NCBI GenBank assembly: GCA_964544225.1
Contig: CAZIZK010000002.1
Coordinates: 69,452-133,451 of the forward strand
Length of the DNA stretch: 64,000 nt
From: an uncultured Candidatus Saccharibacteria bacterium
GTDB taxonomy: Bacteria; Patescibacteriota; Minisyncoccia; Phycocordibacterales; UBA9973
Direction of reading: 5' to 3'
The position numbers and the translations under genes are program-made. The notes below the pieces were generated by a model. That model was not told the DNA's origin, did no database searches, and saw only the letters and a list, made by a program, of their open reading frames with translations. Below are positions 19,166 to 31,613 of the stretch, one piece after another; position 1 is the stretch's first letter; each line of letters opens with the position of its first letter.

Positions 19166-20668
19166 ATGACAAAAAATAACATAGTAGAAAATTTAAGAAA
19201 GCAGATTGAACATTTCAATACCGACATGAAGGTAGAAAAGGTTGGTCATGTTGTAGAAGTATTCGACGGTATTGCAAAGGTGTCAGGACTATCTGATGTA
19301 AAGGTGTCAGAAATGGTGACTTTCGCAGGTGGTGAAGTGGGCGTAGCCTTGAACCTCGAAGAGGATTTCGTAGGTATCATCATATTGTCAGACTTTTCAA
19401 ATATTAAAGAGGGTGATGAAGTTCGTGCAACAGGTAAAATATTGGAAGTAGGTGTTGCCGACGAACTTGTAGGCCGTGTGGTAAATGCCCTAGGTGAAGC
19501 TATCGATGGCAAAGGTGCTATAAAGGCTACAGCTTATAACCCGATAGAAAAGGTGGCTCCAGGTGTGGTTACTCGCCAGAGTGTGGACCAGCCAGTTCAG
19601 ACTGGTATCAAGGCTATCGACGCTATTATCCCTATCGGCCGTGGTCAGCGCGAGCTTATCATTGGTGACCGCCAGACAGGTAAGACTGCTATCGCTATAG
19701 ACGCTATATTGAACCAAAAAGGGCAAAACATGATCTGTGTTTATGTATCTATCGGTCAGAAGGATTCCAAACTTCGCAAACTACAATCACGTCTAGAGGA
19801 GGGTGGTGCTATGGATTATACAATCATTGTTTCTGCAGGTGCATCTGAGCCTACATCTTTGTCATATATTGCACCATATACAGGTGTAGCTATCGCTGAA
19901 TACTTTATGGACAAAGGTCAAGATGTATTGATAATCTACGACGATCTTTCAAAGCACGCTGTTGCGTACCGTGAAATATCACTTCTACTTCGCCGCCCAC
20001 CAGGACGCGAAGCTTACCCTGGAGACGTGTTCTACCTACACTCACGCTTGCTCGAGCGTGCATGTCGCAGGAATAAAGAGTACGGTGGTGGATCTATCAC
20101 AGCATTGCCTATTATCGAGACTCAGGCTGGAGACATCTCTGCATACATTCCTACAAACGTGATCTCTATTACTGATGGACAGATCTTCCTAGAAACAGAT
20201 CTATTCTACAAAGGTGTTCGCCCTGCGGTGAACGTCGGGTTCTCTGTGTCACGTGTGGGTTCATCTGCTCAGATCAAAGCTATGAAGAAGGTGGCTGGTA
20301 CATTGAAGCTTGACCTTGCACAATTCCGTGAATTGGAAGCCTTTTCACAATTCGGTTCCGACCTTGATGATGCTACAAAGCGCCAGCTAGAACGCGGCAA
20401 GAGGGCTGTGGAAGTTCTTAAACAGCCACAATACGCACCGGTAGTAGTACAGCATCAGGTAGCTGTTATGTACGCACTTGTAAAAGGCTACATGGATGAT
20501 GTGCCATTGGATATGATCAAGAAGTTCGAGCAAGAATTGGTGGAGTACACAGAGCGTGCAGTACCAAACTTCTTCAAAGAAGTAGTAGAGAAGGGTATGT
20601 ACAGTGAGGAGAGTGAAGAAGCTTTCAAAAACGTAATCGTAGAATTCAAAACAAACTTCTTGAAATAA
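19166..20668 (+). CDS. atpA: ATP synthase F1 subunit alpha
   Basis: [28 protein letters not shown]. Confidence 0.99.
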   Translation: MTKNNIVENLRKQIEHFNTDMKVEKVGHVVEVFDGIAKVSGLSDVKVSEMVTFAGGEVGVALNLEEDFVGIIILSDFSNIKEGDEVRATGKILEVGVADELVGRVVNALGEAIDGKGAIKATAYNPIEKVAPGVVTRQSVDQPVQTGIKAIDAIIPIGRGQRELIIGDRQTGKTAIAIDAILNQKGQNMICVYVSIGQKDSKLRKLQSRLEEGGAMDYTIIVSAGASEPTSLSYIAPYTGVAIAEYFMDKGQDVLIIYDDLSKHAVAYREISLLLRRPPGREAYPGDVFYLHSRLLERACRRNKEYGGGSITALPIIETQAGDISAYIPTNVISITDGQIFLETDLFYKGVRPAVNVGFSVSRVGSSAQIKAMKKVAGTLKLDLAQFRELEAFSQFGSDLDDATKRQLERGKRAVEVLKQPQYAPVVVQHQVAVMYALVKGYMDDVPLDMIKKFEQELVEYTERAVPNFFKEVVEKGMYSEESEEAFKNVIVEFKTNFLK

Positions 20669-20679
20669 TAATTTAATTT

Positions 20680-21588
20680 ATGGCATCAGGTAAAGAAATT
20701 AAAAACCGAATAAAGAGTGTAAAGAACACAAAGAAGATCACAAAGGCTATGGAACTTGTGGCGGCTTCAAAGATGAAGCGCGCAGTGTCATCTACACTTG
20801 CATCACGTTTGTATGCACAATACTCTTGGGAGGTTCTGACATCTTTGGCAAACAGTAGTGAGGAGATACAGCACCCACTTTTCAATAAAAGAGAGGTAAA
20901 GAATATATTGCTAGTATTGATCACTTCAAACCGTGGACTATGTGGTGCTTACAATGCCCAGGTGATAAAGAAGACTCTGGCACTATTGCGCGCAGACAAT
21001 GGTGATGCGAATATTGATATTATAACTATTGGTCGCAAGGGCGACACAGCTATGCGCCGAATCGGCCGCAATATAATAGCAAGCTTTACTGAACTACCAG
21101 ACAATGTAAAATTGTCAGACACACGACCAGTATCGAGCCTAGCATTAGCCGAGTTTAAGAATGGTAATTATGATCAGGTGATGGTGGCTTATACAGACTT
21201 TGTTTCCGCATTAACTCAGAAGCCAAATATTAAACAAATCCTTCCAATATCAAAAGATTATATAAAGGAACTGATAGACACACTAGGTGACAATGAAAAG
21301 GATAAGGTAGAGGAAAAGGCTGAAAAGCAAAATGATTATTTATTTGAAGGGAACAAGGTTGTATTACTAGACACACTAGCAGACAAGATATCCCAGATGC
21401 AGATCTATCAGATGCTCCTTGAGTCCAATGCTTCTGAACAATCATCCCGAATGGTCGCCATGAAGAATGCAAGCGAGGCTGCCGGCGAGATGATCGATGA
21501 CCTAACACTGGTATTCAACAAAGCCCGCCAAGCGTCGATCACGCAGGAGATATCAGAGATAAGTGCCGGTATGGCAAGTGTAAGTTAA
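20680..21588 (+). CDS. atpG: ATP synthase F1 subunit gamma
   Basis: KITKAMELVAASK, RGLCGAYN, RQASITQEISEI. Confidence 0.98.
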   Translation: MASGKEIKNRIKSVKNTKKITKAMELVAASKMKRAVSSTLASRLYAQYSWEVLTSLANSSEEIQHPLFNKREVKNILLVLITSNRGLCGAYNAQVIKKTLALLRADNGDANIDIITIGRKGDTAMRRIGRNIIASFTELPDNVKLSDTRPVSSLALAEFKNGNYDQVMVAYTDFVSALTQKPNIKQILPISKDYIKELIDTLGDNEKDKVEEKAEKQNDYLFEGNKVVLLDTLADKISQMQIYQMLLESNASEQSSRMVAMKNASEAAGEMIDDLTLVFNKARQASITQEISEISAGMASVS

Positions 21589-22983
<1,395 letters not shown>

Positions 22984-23007
22984 ATAATTACGAATTTCAA
23001 ATTACGG

Positions 23008-23454
23008 ATGAATAAAAAAATATTATTAAAAATAGTCACACCGGAAAAGTTGGTCCTCGAAGAAGAGGTAGACCAAGTTACTTTCCCTACATCAGAAGGG
23101 GAGCTGACAATACTACCAGAACATATTCCACTAGTTGCATCTCTTGCATCTGGTGATGTGGTTGCAAAGGTAAATGATGAGTCTGTACCTATGGCTGTAT
23201 CTGGTGGGTTCGTCGAGGTAAAGAATGATATAAACAACAATACTGTGGTTGCAATCTTGGCCGACTTTGCTGAACATGTTGCCGATATGACAGACGACGC
23301 TATCAGTCAGGCCCGTGCCCGTTCCGAGGAACTCAGAAAGTTGGCCGAGGACAAAGGTACTGTGGACTTTGAACACTTTGCAACAGAATTGGAAAGGTCA
23401 CTAACCCGTGTAAAAATAGCCGATAAGTGGAAGAGCAAGAAGTATCGCAAATAA
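23008..23454 (+). CDS. atpC: ATP synthase F1 subunit epsilon
   Basis: IVTPE, GELTILPEHIP, VSGGFVEV. Confidence 0.95.
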   Translation: MNKKILLKIVTPEKLVLEEEVDQVTFPTSEGELTILPEHIPLVASLASGDVVAKVNDESVPMAVSGGFVEVKNDINNNTVVAILADFAEHVADMTDDAISQARARSEELRKLAEDKGTVDFEHFATELERSLTRVKIADKWKSKKYRK

Positions 23455-23463
23455 TATAAAAAT

Positions 23464-23507
23464 AAAAATACCGTAAGCTTTCATCCCTGAAAACTTACGG
23501 TATTTTT
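23464..23507. terminator. Bidirectional terminator at the end of the atp operon
   Basis: AAAAATACCGTAAG/CTTACGGTATTTTT inverted repeat. Confidence 0.8.
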
Positions 23508-23511
23508 TAAT

Positions 23512-24138
23512 TTAACTTTGTTGATATTTTAATATTTCCGTTAATGTCTTAAAATCATCATCATCATCTGCTGTTTCTGGTAAAATCACTTCTTTGATTT
23601 CGTATTGAAGTTTATTTACCTCGGCTTGAGTAAAGTTGTATTCTTTTATTAGTCGCTTCAATTCGTGTTCAAATTGAAACAATGAAGAAATATCTTCACT
23701 AACCTTTTTTGTTTCTTCACCACTGGCATCTTTTACTTTGAAATAAATTCGAACAAAAGGACCCTCTAATTCATCAAAATATCCAATGCCTGGAAAATTT
23801 ACAATTTTTGAAGAAACAATTTCATTTTCAATTTCTTCGCATATTGTAGCGACTCTATCTAGAAAAGATTGTTCTTCGTAGATCCTGTAGTATCCACTAC
23901 TCTCATTTAAAGAAGATAAATTTGGCAATTCTAGGCCAATAATATTCATAAATAATTCAAATGCATTTCCATAAGACATTTTTCTATTTCGTAATAATTC
24001 AGAGACTAAATCACAAAGATCTTCTTTGTTGTAGTGAACAGAACTCTCGTAGTCACTAGTTGTGTCAACGATTTTGTAACCTAGCTCCATTTCGTCTTCT
24101 GAAACGACAAAGCTTACTTTTTCATTTAATTTATCCAT
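23512..24138 (-). CDS. Hypothetical acidic protein (orphan)
   Basis: 208-aa ORF with its own TTGACA-17-TAGAAT promoter on the - strand. Confidence 0.7.
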   Translation of the reverse strand: MDKLNEKVSFVVSEDEMELGYKIVDTTSDYESSVHYNKEDLCDLVSELLRNRKMSYGNAFELFMNIIGLELPNLSSLNESSGYYRIYEEQSFLDRVATICEEIENEIVSSKIVNFPGIGYFDELEGPFVRIYFKVKDASGEETKKVSEDISSLFQFEHELKRLIKEYNFTQAEVNKLQYEIKEVILPETADDDDDFKTLTEILKYQQS

Positions 24139-24216
24139 AGCTATAAAGATTTTTTCTTCATTCTATACTTAAAATAGGCTTTGTCAATAAAGTACTTTTT
24201 TGCTATAATTTGGCCC

Positions 24217-25173
24217 ATGAGACAGATATATCAAATACTTTTATACTATAAATATGTGCATGTAGACGACCCTAAAATGCTTCGGGATCTGCAATTTCAC
24301 CTATGTCAGGACTTGGATATGCGTGGGCGCATAATAGTGGCTCATGAGGGCATAAATGGCACTGTAGAGGGGACTGTAGATGCTTGTGTCGAGTATATGA
24401 GGGTTATGAAGGCCGACCCACGTTTTGCCGATATACACTGGAAGATCAGCGATGGAACAGCCGACGGCACCGCCTTTCCAAGGCTATCAGTAAAGACACG
24501 CCCCGAGATAGTATCACTACACTTAGGTGATGAAGAGGATATCGACCCGAACCAACTAACAGGTGTGCACCTAAAGCCTGAACAGTTGAGGCAGTGGTAT
24601 GAAAGTGGCGAGGAATTCCACATAGTAGATATGCGCAATGAATACGAGCTACGTGTTGGTAAGTTCGAAGGTACCGTATTCCCAGATCTTGATAATTTCC
24701 GTGATTTGAAGAAGAACTTGAAGAAACTAGAAGGACTGAAGGACAAGAAGGTCCTAACTGTTTGTACTGGTGGCGTGCGTTGCGAAAAGGCTTCAGGGTT
24801 ACTTGTTCGCGAAGGGTTCAAAGATGTCTATCAGCTCGATGGTGGTATGGTCAGTTATATGGAGAAATACCCAGGGCAGGACTTCAAAGGTTCACTATAT
24901 GTATTCGACAAGCGCAATGTAATGCACTTCGAAGATCCGGATAAGCACGAAATCATCGGCCGTTGCGCCAAGTGTGGTGTTCCTAGCGAGCATTATGTAA
25001 ACTGTGCGAACCTCATGTGCCACGACCACTTCATCTGTTGCGAGGATTGTCTAGAAGAACCTATTGGTAACCATCCATCGGGTGGGGTAGCGTATTGCGA
25101 CTGGAAATGTAATTTAAAATGGAAGCTCTATAATAAAAAGAACAATTTTTTTAAAAAGTTTGCCCACAAATAA
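24217..25173 (+). CDS. trhO: UPF0176 rhodanese-domain protein (tRNA uridine-34 hydroxylase TrhO-like)
   Basis: LLYYKY, EGINGT, DMRNEYE, CTGGVRCEK, LYVFDKR; start moved to ATG 24217. Confidence 0.9.
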   Translation: MRQIYQILLYYKYVHVDDPKMLRDLQFHLCQDLDMRGRIIVAHEGINGTVEGTVDACVEYMRVMKADPRFADIHWKISDGTADGTAFPRLSVKTRPEIVSLHLGDEEDIDPNQLTGVHLKPEQLRQWYESGEEFHIVDMRNEYELRVGKFEGTVFPDLDNFRDLKKNLKKLEGLKDKKVLTVCTGGVRCEKASGLLVREGFKDVYQLDGGMVSYMEKYPGQDFKGSLYVFDKRNVMHFEDPDKHEIIGRCAKCGVPSEHYVNCANLMCHDHFICCEDCLEEPIGNHPSGGVAYCDWKCNLKWKLYNKKNNFFKKFAHK

Positions 25174-25796
25174 TGCAAGATTTTACAAAAAAAGAAATAG
25201 CACTGTTTAGAAAGTTAAATACACCGGCAAAGGTGCAGGACTTCCTAAATACTATTCCTTTCAATTTTGAAGAAGACGGCAAAGATGTTATAAAGTCACC
25301 ACTTCATGTAATACGTACTAACAATGCTCACTGTATCGAGGGGGCAATACTTGGTGCATATATACTGTCACTACACAGTCACAAGCCGTATATTATGAAT
25401 CTGCGTACAACTGCCCATGATCTAGAGCATGTGATAGTGCCTTTCAAGGTGGGCGGACTGTGGGGTTGTCTGTCAAAAACGAATCATGCAGTACTTCGCT
25501 ATCGTGACCCAGTTTACAAGACCATCCGCGAGTTGGTTATGTCGTATTTCAACGAGTATTATCTAGATGATGGCACCAAGACTCTGCGCCAATATTCAAA
25601 CCTAGTAAATTTAAATATTTTCAAGGATGATTGGTACAAGGCTGACTATGATTTGTGGAGTATCGACGATGAATTGGATAGTGCTATGTATCATGACATT
25701 GCACCAAAAAATATTTTGAAGAACTTACGCAAAGCAGACCCTATAGAGCGTGAGGCTGGTAAATTGATGAATTGGAAAAAGGGTAATATGTGTTAA
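25173..25796 (+). CDS. Conserved hypothetical protein, transglutaminase-like
   Basis: LNTPAKVQDFL, AHCIEGA (Cys) and DLEHV (His) suggest a papain-like fold. Confidence 0.65.
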   Translation: MQDFTKKEIALFRKLNTPAKVQDFLNTIPFNFEEDGKDVIKSPLHVIRTNNAHCIEGAILGAYILSLHSHKPYIMNLRTTAHDLEHVIVPFKVGGLWGCLSKTNHAVLRYRDPVYKTIRELVMSYFNEYYLDDGTKTLRQYSNLVNLNIFKDDWYKADYDLWSIDDELDSAMYHDIAPKNILKNLRKADPIEREAGKLMNWKKGNMC

Positions 25797-25805
25797 TATA
25801 TATAT

Positions 25806-27746
25806 ATGAATTCAAACAATAAATTAAAACAAATATCTAGAAATATATTATTTATATTTTCTTTTCTATCATTAGTTTTACCAACGAGTGTGTTTGCTGC
25901 TGCTGGTACTCCTGATACTACATTTACCACAAATATGGGTGATCCAGGGCTTGATAATGTTGTACGTGCTTCTGTTGTATTGTCTAATGACAAAATAGTT
26001 GTTGGAGGGTCTTTTAATTATTTAAATGACATAATAGATGCAAATTATGTTGCTGGGTTTAATAGTGATGGAACTCCGGATACTACATTTAATACAAATC
26101 TTGGGACAGGCTTTAGTGATGCTGTATATGCTATGGCTGTTCAATCTGATGATAAAATAGTTGTAGGAGGGTCTTTTACTGGTATAAATGGAACAACAAG
26201 CAATCGTATAGCTCGATTAAACAGTGACGGAACACTTGATACTACTTTTACCACAAATATTGGCACAGGATTTGGAGCTACTCGTGTAAACACTATCGCT
26301 ATCCAGTCTGACGGCAAGATAGTTGTTGGAGGTTCGTTTAGTACTATAAACGGGGTGACAAGTAACCGTATCGCTCGATTAAACAGCGACGGAACTCCAG
26401 ATACTACCTTTACCACTAATATCGGTACAGGGTTTGGTAGTAGCGTGTATCGTGTAGGGATACAGTCTGATGGTAAAATAATTGCTGGAGGAATATTTAG
26501 TACTCTTAATGATGTATCTACTACTACTATAGCTCGATTAAACAGCGACGGTACTCCTGATACTACATTTACCACAAATATTGGTACAGGATTTGATAAT
26601 GATGTACAAACATTAGCGGTTTTATCTAATGATAAGATCGTTGTCGGTGGATTAATAGAAAATTTTAATGGCACGAGTATACATTTCTTTACTGGGTTAA
26701 ATAGTGATGGTACATTAGATACAACATTTAATACAAATCTTGGGACAGGCTTTGGTAATTTCGTAGAGACCATCGCTATCCAATCTGACAATAAAATAAT
26801 AGTAGGAGGGTCTTTTACTACAATTAACGGTGTAACTAGTAACCGTATTGCAAGGTTAAGTAGTGTTGGAATCCCAGATACTACCTTTACCACTAATATC
26901 GGTACAGGGTTTGATGGAACAACACGCACGATTGCTTTCCAATCTGATGGTAAAATAATCGTTGGAGGGGCTTTTGGTTCTGTAAATAGTGTAACTAGTA
27001 ATTACGTTGCTCGTCTTGATGGTGATGTATTTGCTCCTACTGTCACTACTGGTTCAAGCTCGGCTATTACCACAACTACTGCAACCCTTGCCGGTAATAT
27101 AACAGTCACCGGTGGTGAGAATAGTACAACTCGTGGAGTCGAATATGGTCTAACAACAGGTTATGGTACAACTTCATCAGCTTCAGGAAGCTTCAGTACA
27201 GGTGCGTATACTACCGACATCACCGGTCTTACTTGTGGCACTACATACCACTATCGTGCGTATAGTACAAATACTGCAGGTACTGGTACAGGTAGTGATG
27301 ATACATTTACCACATCTACTTGTCCTGTAGTTGCAAGTACTAACAATACTTCTTCTGGGTCATCTGCCGGATCTCGAGCTTCCAACCTATTTGCTATGGG
27401 TAAAGTAACTGAAGCAAATAAAATACTGCAACAATTCCCAAATGCTATAAATGAAATCAAAGATGCAAATACAAAGAATGCTCTATCAAATACAAATACT
27501 GAAAATTCTAATTCTAATATTTCTGGATCAAAGATAACAAAGAAGTTGATTAAAGGTATGAAAGATAATGAAGTAAAGATACTTCAAACAGTTCTAAACA
27601 AAGTATTAAAACTCGGTTTAACTGTAGATGGTGTATTCGGTCAGAAGACCAAAGATGCTGTTATGCAATTCCAAAAAGCTAATAATCTAAAGGCCGATGG
27701 GGTAGTGGGGCCTATAACAAGAGGTGTTTTAAATAAATTACTATAA
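25806..27746 (+). CDS. Secreted modular surface protein: Delta-60 repeats, FN3-like domain, C-terminal peptidoglycan-binding domain
   Basis: About 7 repeats of IAIQSDGKIVVGGSF...RIARLNSDGTxDTTF; TYHYRAY; PG-binding C-terminus closely similar to 3826-6636. Confidence 0.9.
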   Translation: MNSNNKLKQISRNILFIFSFLSLVLPTSVFAAAGTPDTTFTTNMGDPGLDNVVRASVVLSNDKIVVGGSFNYLNDIIDANYVAGFNSDGTPDTTFNTNLGTGFSDAVYAMAVQSDDKIVVGGSFTGINGTTSNRIARLNSDGTLDTTFTTNIGTGFGATRVNTIAIQSDGKIVVGGSFSTINGVTSNRIARLNSDGTPDTTFTTNIGTGFGSSVYRVGIQSDGKIIAGGIFSTLNDVSTTTIARLNSDGTPDTTFTTNIGTGFDNDVQTLAVLSNDKIVVGGLIENFNGTSIHFFTGLNSDGTLDTTFNTNLGTGFGNFVETIAIQSDNKIIVGGSFTTINGVTSNRIARLSSVGIPDTTFTTNIGTGFDGTTRTIAFQSDGKIIVGGAFGSVNSVTSNYVARLDGDVFAPTVTTGSSSAITTTTATLAGNITVTGGENSTTRGVEYGLTTGYGTTSSASGSFSTGAYTTDITGLTCGTTYHYRAYSTNTAGTGTGSDDTFTTSTCPVVASTNNTSSGSSAGSRASNLFAMGKVTEANKILQQFPNAINEIKDANTKNALSNTNTENSNSNISGSKITKKLIKGMKDNEVKILQTVLNKVLKLGLTVDGVFGQKTKDAVMQFQKANNLKADGVVGPITRGVLNKLL

Positions 27747-27830
27747 TTTATTTGCAAATTGATAGATTGGAAAAAGGGTACAAAGGGGGTATAATAGGGG
27801 TATTAAAAGCTTAATAAAGAATTTTATTTT

Positions 27831-28193
27831 ATGACAACATCTATGGCATTAACATTTCTTGGACGTATATTGTTTGGTTTATATTTCATGTACAGTGGTT
27901 ACAATCATTTCAAGCATGTAAAACATACATCTGAATATGCAAAGATGAAGGGCGTTCCAATGCCTCGTGAAGCAACACTTATAACTGGGTTGTTGATGAT
28001 ATTAGGAGGTCTAGGATTCTTCTTGAATGTTGGTATTGGTGCATCTGCTGTATTACTCCTTGTATTCATGGTACCTACAACATTTATCATGCACCAGTTC
28101 TGGAAGATAAAGGACCCTGCACACCAAATGGGCGAGAAGATCAACTTCCTAAAGAACCTAGCTCTAATCGGCTCATTGCTAATGTTGATGTAA
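27831..28193 (+). CDS. DoxX-family membrane protein
   Basis: GRILFG..F..SG..H, HQFW, FLKNLALIG. Confidence 0.88.
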   Translation: MTTSMALTFLGRILFGLYFMYSGYNHFKHVKHTSEYAKMKGVPMPREATLITGLLMILGGLGFFLNVGIGASAVLLLVFMVPTTFIMHQFWKIKDPAHQMGEKINFLKNLALIGSLLMLM

Positions 28194-28211
28194 TTCAATA
28201 GTTTTCGTTCA

Positions 28212-28904
28212 ATGAATAATGAAATAGGAACTTTATACATAGTGGCAACCCCGATAGGTAACATGGAAGACATGACCTATCGGGGTTGTCGTGTATTAAA
28301 AGAGGTGGATTGTATATTGTGCGAAGACACTCGCACCACTGGCAAACTCTTGGCAAAATACGATATAAAGAACAAGACCATGAGCTACCACGCCCACAGT
28401 TCAAAGGGTAAGGAAAACGTGATCATAGAAATGCTAAAAGAGGGTAAGAACCTGGCCCTAGTATCTGATGCAGGTACACCATGCATATCGGACCCAGGTG
28501 TCATGCTAGTTGCCCAGGTCCGATCCGAGTTTGGATCCGATGCAAAGGTGGTTCCAATACCTGGGGCTTCGGCACTAGTGTCTGCAATATCTGCATCTGG
28601 AGTATCGGCATCGTCTTTTGTCTTCCTCGGTTTCCTGCCACACAAGAAGGGTAGGGAGACATTATTTAAAGAGATATCGACTATGGATAGAACTGTCGTC
28701 TTCTACGAATCCTCACACCGTATTATAAAGACTCTTGAATCATTGTCCGAGTATTGTCCGGCAAAAAATATAGTTGTCGCGCGCGAGATAACCAAGATGT
28801 TCGAGGAATTTACCTCTGGTACACCTCTTGAAGTTCTAAAACATACACAGTCAGATGTCAATAAACAAAAAGGTGAGTTCGTGGTCATTGTAGAGTCAAA
28901 GTAA
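28212..28904 (+). CDS. rsmI: 16S rRNA (cytidine1402-2'-O)-methyltransferase
   Basis: LYIVATPIGN, CEDTR, SDAGTPCISDPG, REITKMFEE, KGEFV. Confidence 0.96.
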   Translation: MNNEIGTLYIVATPIGNMEDMTYRGCRVLKEVDCILCEDTRTTGKLLAKYDIKNKTMSYHAHSSKGKENVIIEMLKEGKNLALVSDAGTPCISDPGVMLVAQVRSEFGSDAKVVPIPGASALVSAISASGVSASSFVFLGFLPHKKGRETLFKEISTMDRTVVFYESSHRIIKTLESLSEYCPAKNIVVAREITKMFEEFTSGTPLEVLKHTQSDVNKQKGEFVVIVESK

Positions 28905-28922
28905 ATAAGATATAATTAGAAT

Positions 28923-29150
28923 ATGAAAAAAGAAAGAACACTATTTTTTATTGGTTTGTGGGTTGCGATACTACCATATCTTGGTTTTCCAACATCTTTT
29001 AGAAAGATACTATTTGTAATAACTGGTTTGGTTATTATTTATTTCTCATACATGCTACGCAAGAAGGCAAAGGAAGAGGCTCAGGTTATGCAAAAGGAAG
29101 ACAACAGCAAGATGAATACTTTTGTTGATAATATAGGTAATACTGCATAA
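28923..29150 (+). CDS. Small two-TM hypothetical protein
   Basis: GLWVAILPYLGFP; stop overlaps the next start. Confidence 0.7.
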   Translation: MKKERTLFFIGLWVAILPYLGFPTSFRKILFVITGLVIIYFSYMLRKKAKEEAQVMQKEDNSKMNTFVDNIGNTA

Positions 29151-30370
29151 TGCCTAAGAATAATTTTAAAATTTTTATAATCACAGTGGTTATCATCGGA
29201 GGTGCCACTGTTGTTTATTTCTCACTACCTTATGTATTCACTAAATCATACTCTATTCATAATAAAGAAATAGATAATAAAGATGATGTAAGCAAAGATC
29301 AGATTTTAGGTGCAAGTGTAAACACTGCCACTGTAAATGGTGTGGCCAACCCATCGGCTATTGTGGTCACACATATCAAGACCCCTGACCCACTCAAAGC
29401 TGTATACATATCAGCCTGGGTCGCTGGGTCACCTAACCTTCGTGATAAAATAATCAACATGATAGACACTACCGAGATCAATGCTGTCGTGATAGATGTA
29501 AAAGACTCTACCGGTAAAATCAGCTTTCCTGTAGATAACCCCGATCTTGCCAAGTTCGGCTCAACTGAGAAACGCATAAAGAATGCAAAAGAATTAGTAG
29601 ACATGTTCCACAAGAAGAATATATATGTCATCGGCCGTGTATCAGTATTTCAGGACCCATACATGACAGGCCACAAGCCAGAGTGGGCAGTAACACGCAA
29701 AAGTGATGGTAAGGTCTGGAAGGATCGAAAAGGCCTATCCTTTATGGACCCATCTAAACAAGAAGTTTGGGATTATAATCTTGCAATCATAAAAGACGCA
29801 TATGCTCAAGGGTTCGATGAGTTAAATCTGGATTATATCCGCTACCCATCAGATGGCAATATAAAAGATATAAATTATCACCTAGTCGATGGTAAAACAC
29901 GAGCAGACAATATAAAATCTTTTTTTGAATACATAAATCGTGAAGCAAAGAAGGATAACCCAATAGTATTGTCAGCAGACTTGTTTGGACTCGTTACTGT
30001 TACCACATCTGCAACCGATGATCTAGGTATCGGTCAGATACTAGAACATGCTTTACTTCATTTTGACTATGTTGCACCTATGGTGTACCCGTCACATTAT
30101 GCTACTGGCTGGCACAATTTCAAGAACCCGGCAGTTCACCCATACGATGTTATCAAGATATCTATGGACAGTGCTGTAGTCAAAGCAAAAGCTATCAACG
30201 TTCCTGCAAGTAAATTGCGTCCATGGCTACAAGACTTTGACATGGGGGCAAAGTATACACCCGACATGGTAAGGGCACAGATAAAGGCTACAAATGACGC
30301 AGGGCTAACATCGTGGATGCTATGGGACCCAGCGAATACTTATACAGTTTCTGCTCTTGAAATTAATTAG
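29150..30370 (+). CDS. Putative glycoside hydrolase (DUF4015-like), membrane-anchored
   Basis: NAVVIDVKD, GFDELNLDYIRYP, PMVYPSHY, RPWLQDF, WMLWDP. Confidence 0.85.
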   Translation: MPKNNFKIFIITVVIIGGATVVYFSLPYVFTKSYSIHNKEIDNKDDVSKDQILGASVNTATVNGVANPSAIVVTHIKTPDPLKAVYISAWVAGSPNLRDKIINMIDTTEINAVVIDVKDSTGKISFPVDNPDLAKFGSTEKRIKNAKELVDMFHKKNIYVIGRVSVFQDPYMTGHKPEWAVTRKSDGKVWKDRKGLSFMDPSKQEVWDYNLAIIKDAYAQGFDELNLDYIRYPSDGNIKDINYHLVDGKTRADNIKSFFEYINREAKKDNPIVLSADLFGLVTVTTSATDDLGIGQILEHALLHFDYVAPMVYPSHYATGWHNFKNPAVHPYDVIKISMDSAVVKAKAINVPASKLRPWLQDFDMGAKYTPDMVRAQIKATNDAGLTSWMLWDPANTYTVSALEIN

Positions 30371-30397
30371 AATAATTGCGATACTTAATTCAATATT

Positions 30398-31609
30398 ATG
30401 AAGAAATATAAAAAGTTATTATACGTTCTATACTCATTAGCCCTAATAGTAGGCTTGTTTACTGCTGGGTTCTATGTAGGGTATTCGCAACGTCCCGAGG
30501 TAGAGAAGGTAACAACTGTTATAAACAAGGAACCAACTGTAAATACTCAGGCAGACTTTGCTCCATTTTGGAAAGCTTGGAATATCATAAACAGTAAGTC
30601 TATATATGCAAGTAAGGTGTCCGACCAGGATCGTGTATGGGGTGCTGTACAAGGCTTGGCATCATCTTTTGGTGACCCGTATACAGTATTCTTCCCACCA
30701 AGTGAGAACAAGGAATTCAATCAGAATATCCACGGTTCATTTGGTGGTATAGGCGCCGAGATAGGCATGAAGGATAAGATACTGACTGTTATATCTCCAC
30801 TGAAGGATACACCTTCATATAAAGCAGGTCTGAAAAGTGGTGACAAAATAGTAAAGATAAATAAAAAGGATGCTACTAATATGACAGTCGATAAAGCCAT
30901 AGAACTGATTCGTGGTGATATAGGTACCATTGTAAAATTAACAATATTCCGTGAAGGGGAGCGAGTAACAAGGGACTTGGACATTACTCGCGCAAAGATC
31001 GAGATCCCCACAACAGAGACAGAGGTTCGATCAGATGGAGTATTTGTTATAAGGTTCTTCACTTTCTCTGAGAATTCTGATGTAGCATTCCGTGATGCAC
31101 TTATAAAGTTCAAAGAGTCAGGTAGCAATAAGTTGATCGTTGACTTGCGTGGTAACCCAGGTGGGTACCTAGAGTCAGCTGTAAATATCGCCAGCTGGTT
31201 CCTAGACGAAGGTAAGACAGTGGTTACCGAGAACTTTGGCAATTCAAAGAAGCCTCAGGTATATCGTAGTCATGGACCAAAGATGTTCGATGATAAATTG
31301 AAATTCGTAATACTTGTGGACGGTGGTTCTGCCTCTGCTTCGGAGATACTAGCTGGTGCGTTGCAAGAAAATGGTGTTGCAAAATTAGTAGGTAGCCAGA
31401 CATTCGGCAAGGGTTCTGTTCAAGAGTTGATACCTATTACCGACGATACATCACTGAAGGTGACTATCGCAAAATGGTTTACTCCCGATGGTATGTCTAT
31501 ATCTGAGCATGGTTTGACTCCTGATGTAGTTGTGCCTTATACTATCAAGGATTTCGAAAGAAAGGTGGATCCACAGATGGACAAAGCATTAGAAATAGTT
31601 AAACAATAA
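30398..31609 (+). CDS. S41 carboxyl-terminal processing protease (PDZ + S41)
   Basis: GIGAEI, DLRGNPGG, SASASEI, TFGKGSVQ. Confidence 0.95.
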   Translation: MKKYKKLLYVLYSLALIVGLFTAGFYVGYSQRPEVEKVTTVINKEPTVNTQADFAPFWKAWNIINSKSIYASKVSDQDRVWGAVQGLASSFGDPYTVFFPPSENKEFNQNIHGSFGGIGAEIGMKDKILTVISPLKDTPSYKAGLKSGDKIVKINKKDATNMTVDKAIELIRGDIGTIVKLTIFREGERVTRDLDITRAKIEIPTTETEVRSDGVFVIRFFTFSENSDVAFRDALIKFKESGSNKLIVDLRGNPGGYLESAVNIASWFLDEGKTVVTENFGNSKKPQVYRSHGPKMFDDKLKFVILVDGGSASASEILAGALQENGVAKLVGSQTFGKGSVQELIPITDDTSLKVTIAKWFTPDGMSISEHGLTPDVVVPYTIKDFERKVDPQMDKALEIVKQ

Positions 31610-31613
31610 ATAT

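Noticed and set aside
26141-26929. Long antisense ORFs (26141-26929, also 11926-12471, 17073-17588, 38724-39242)
   Set aside because: They are shadows of well-supported genes on the opposite strand and show no recognisable motifs.
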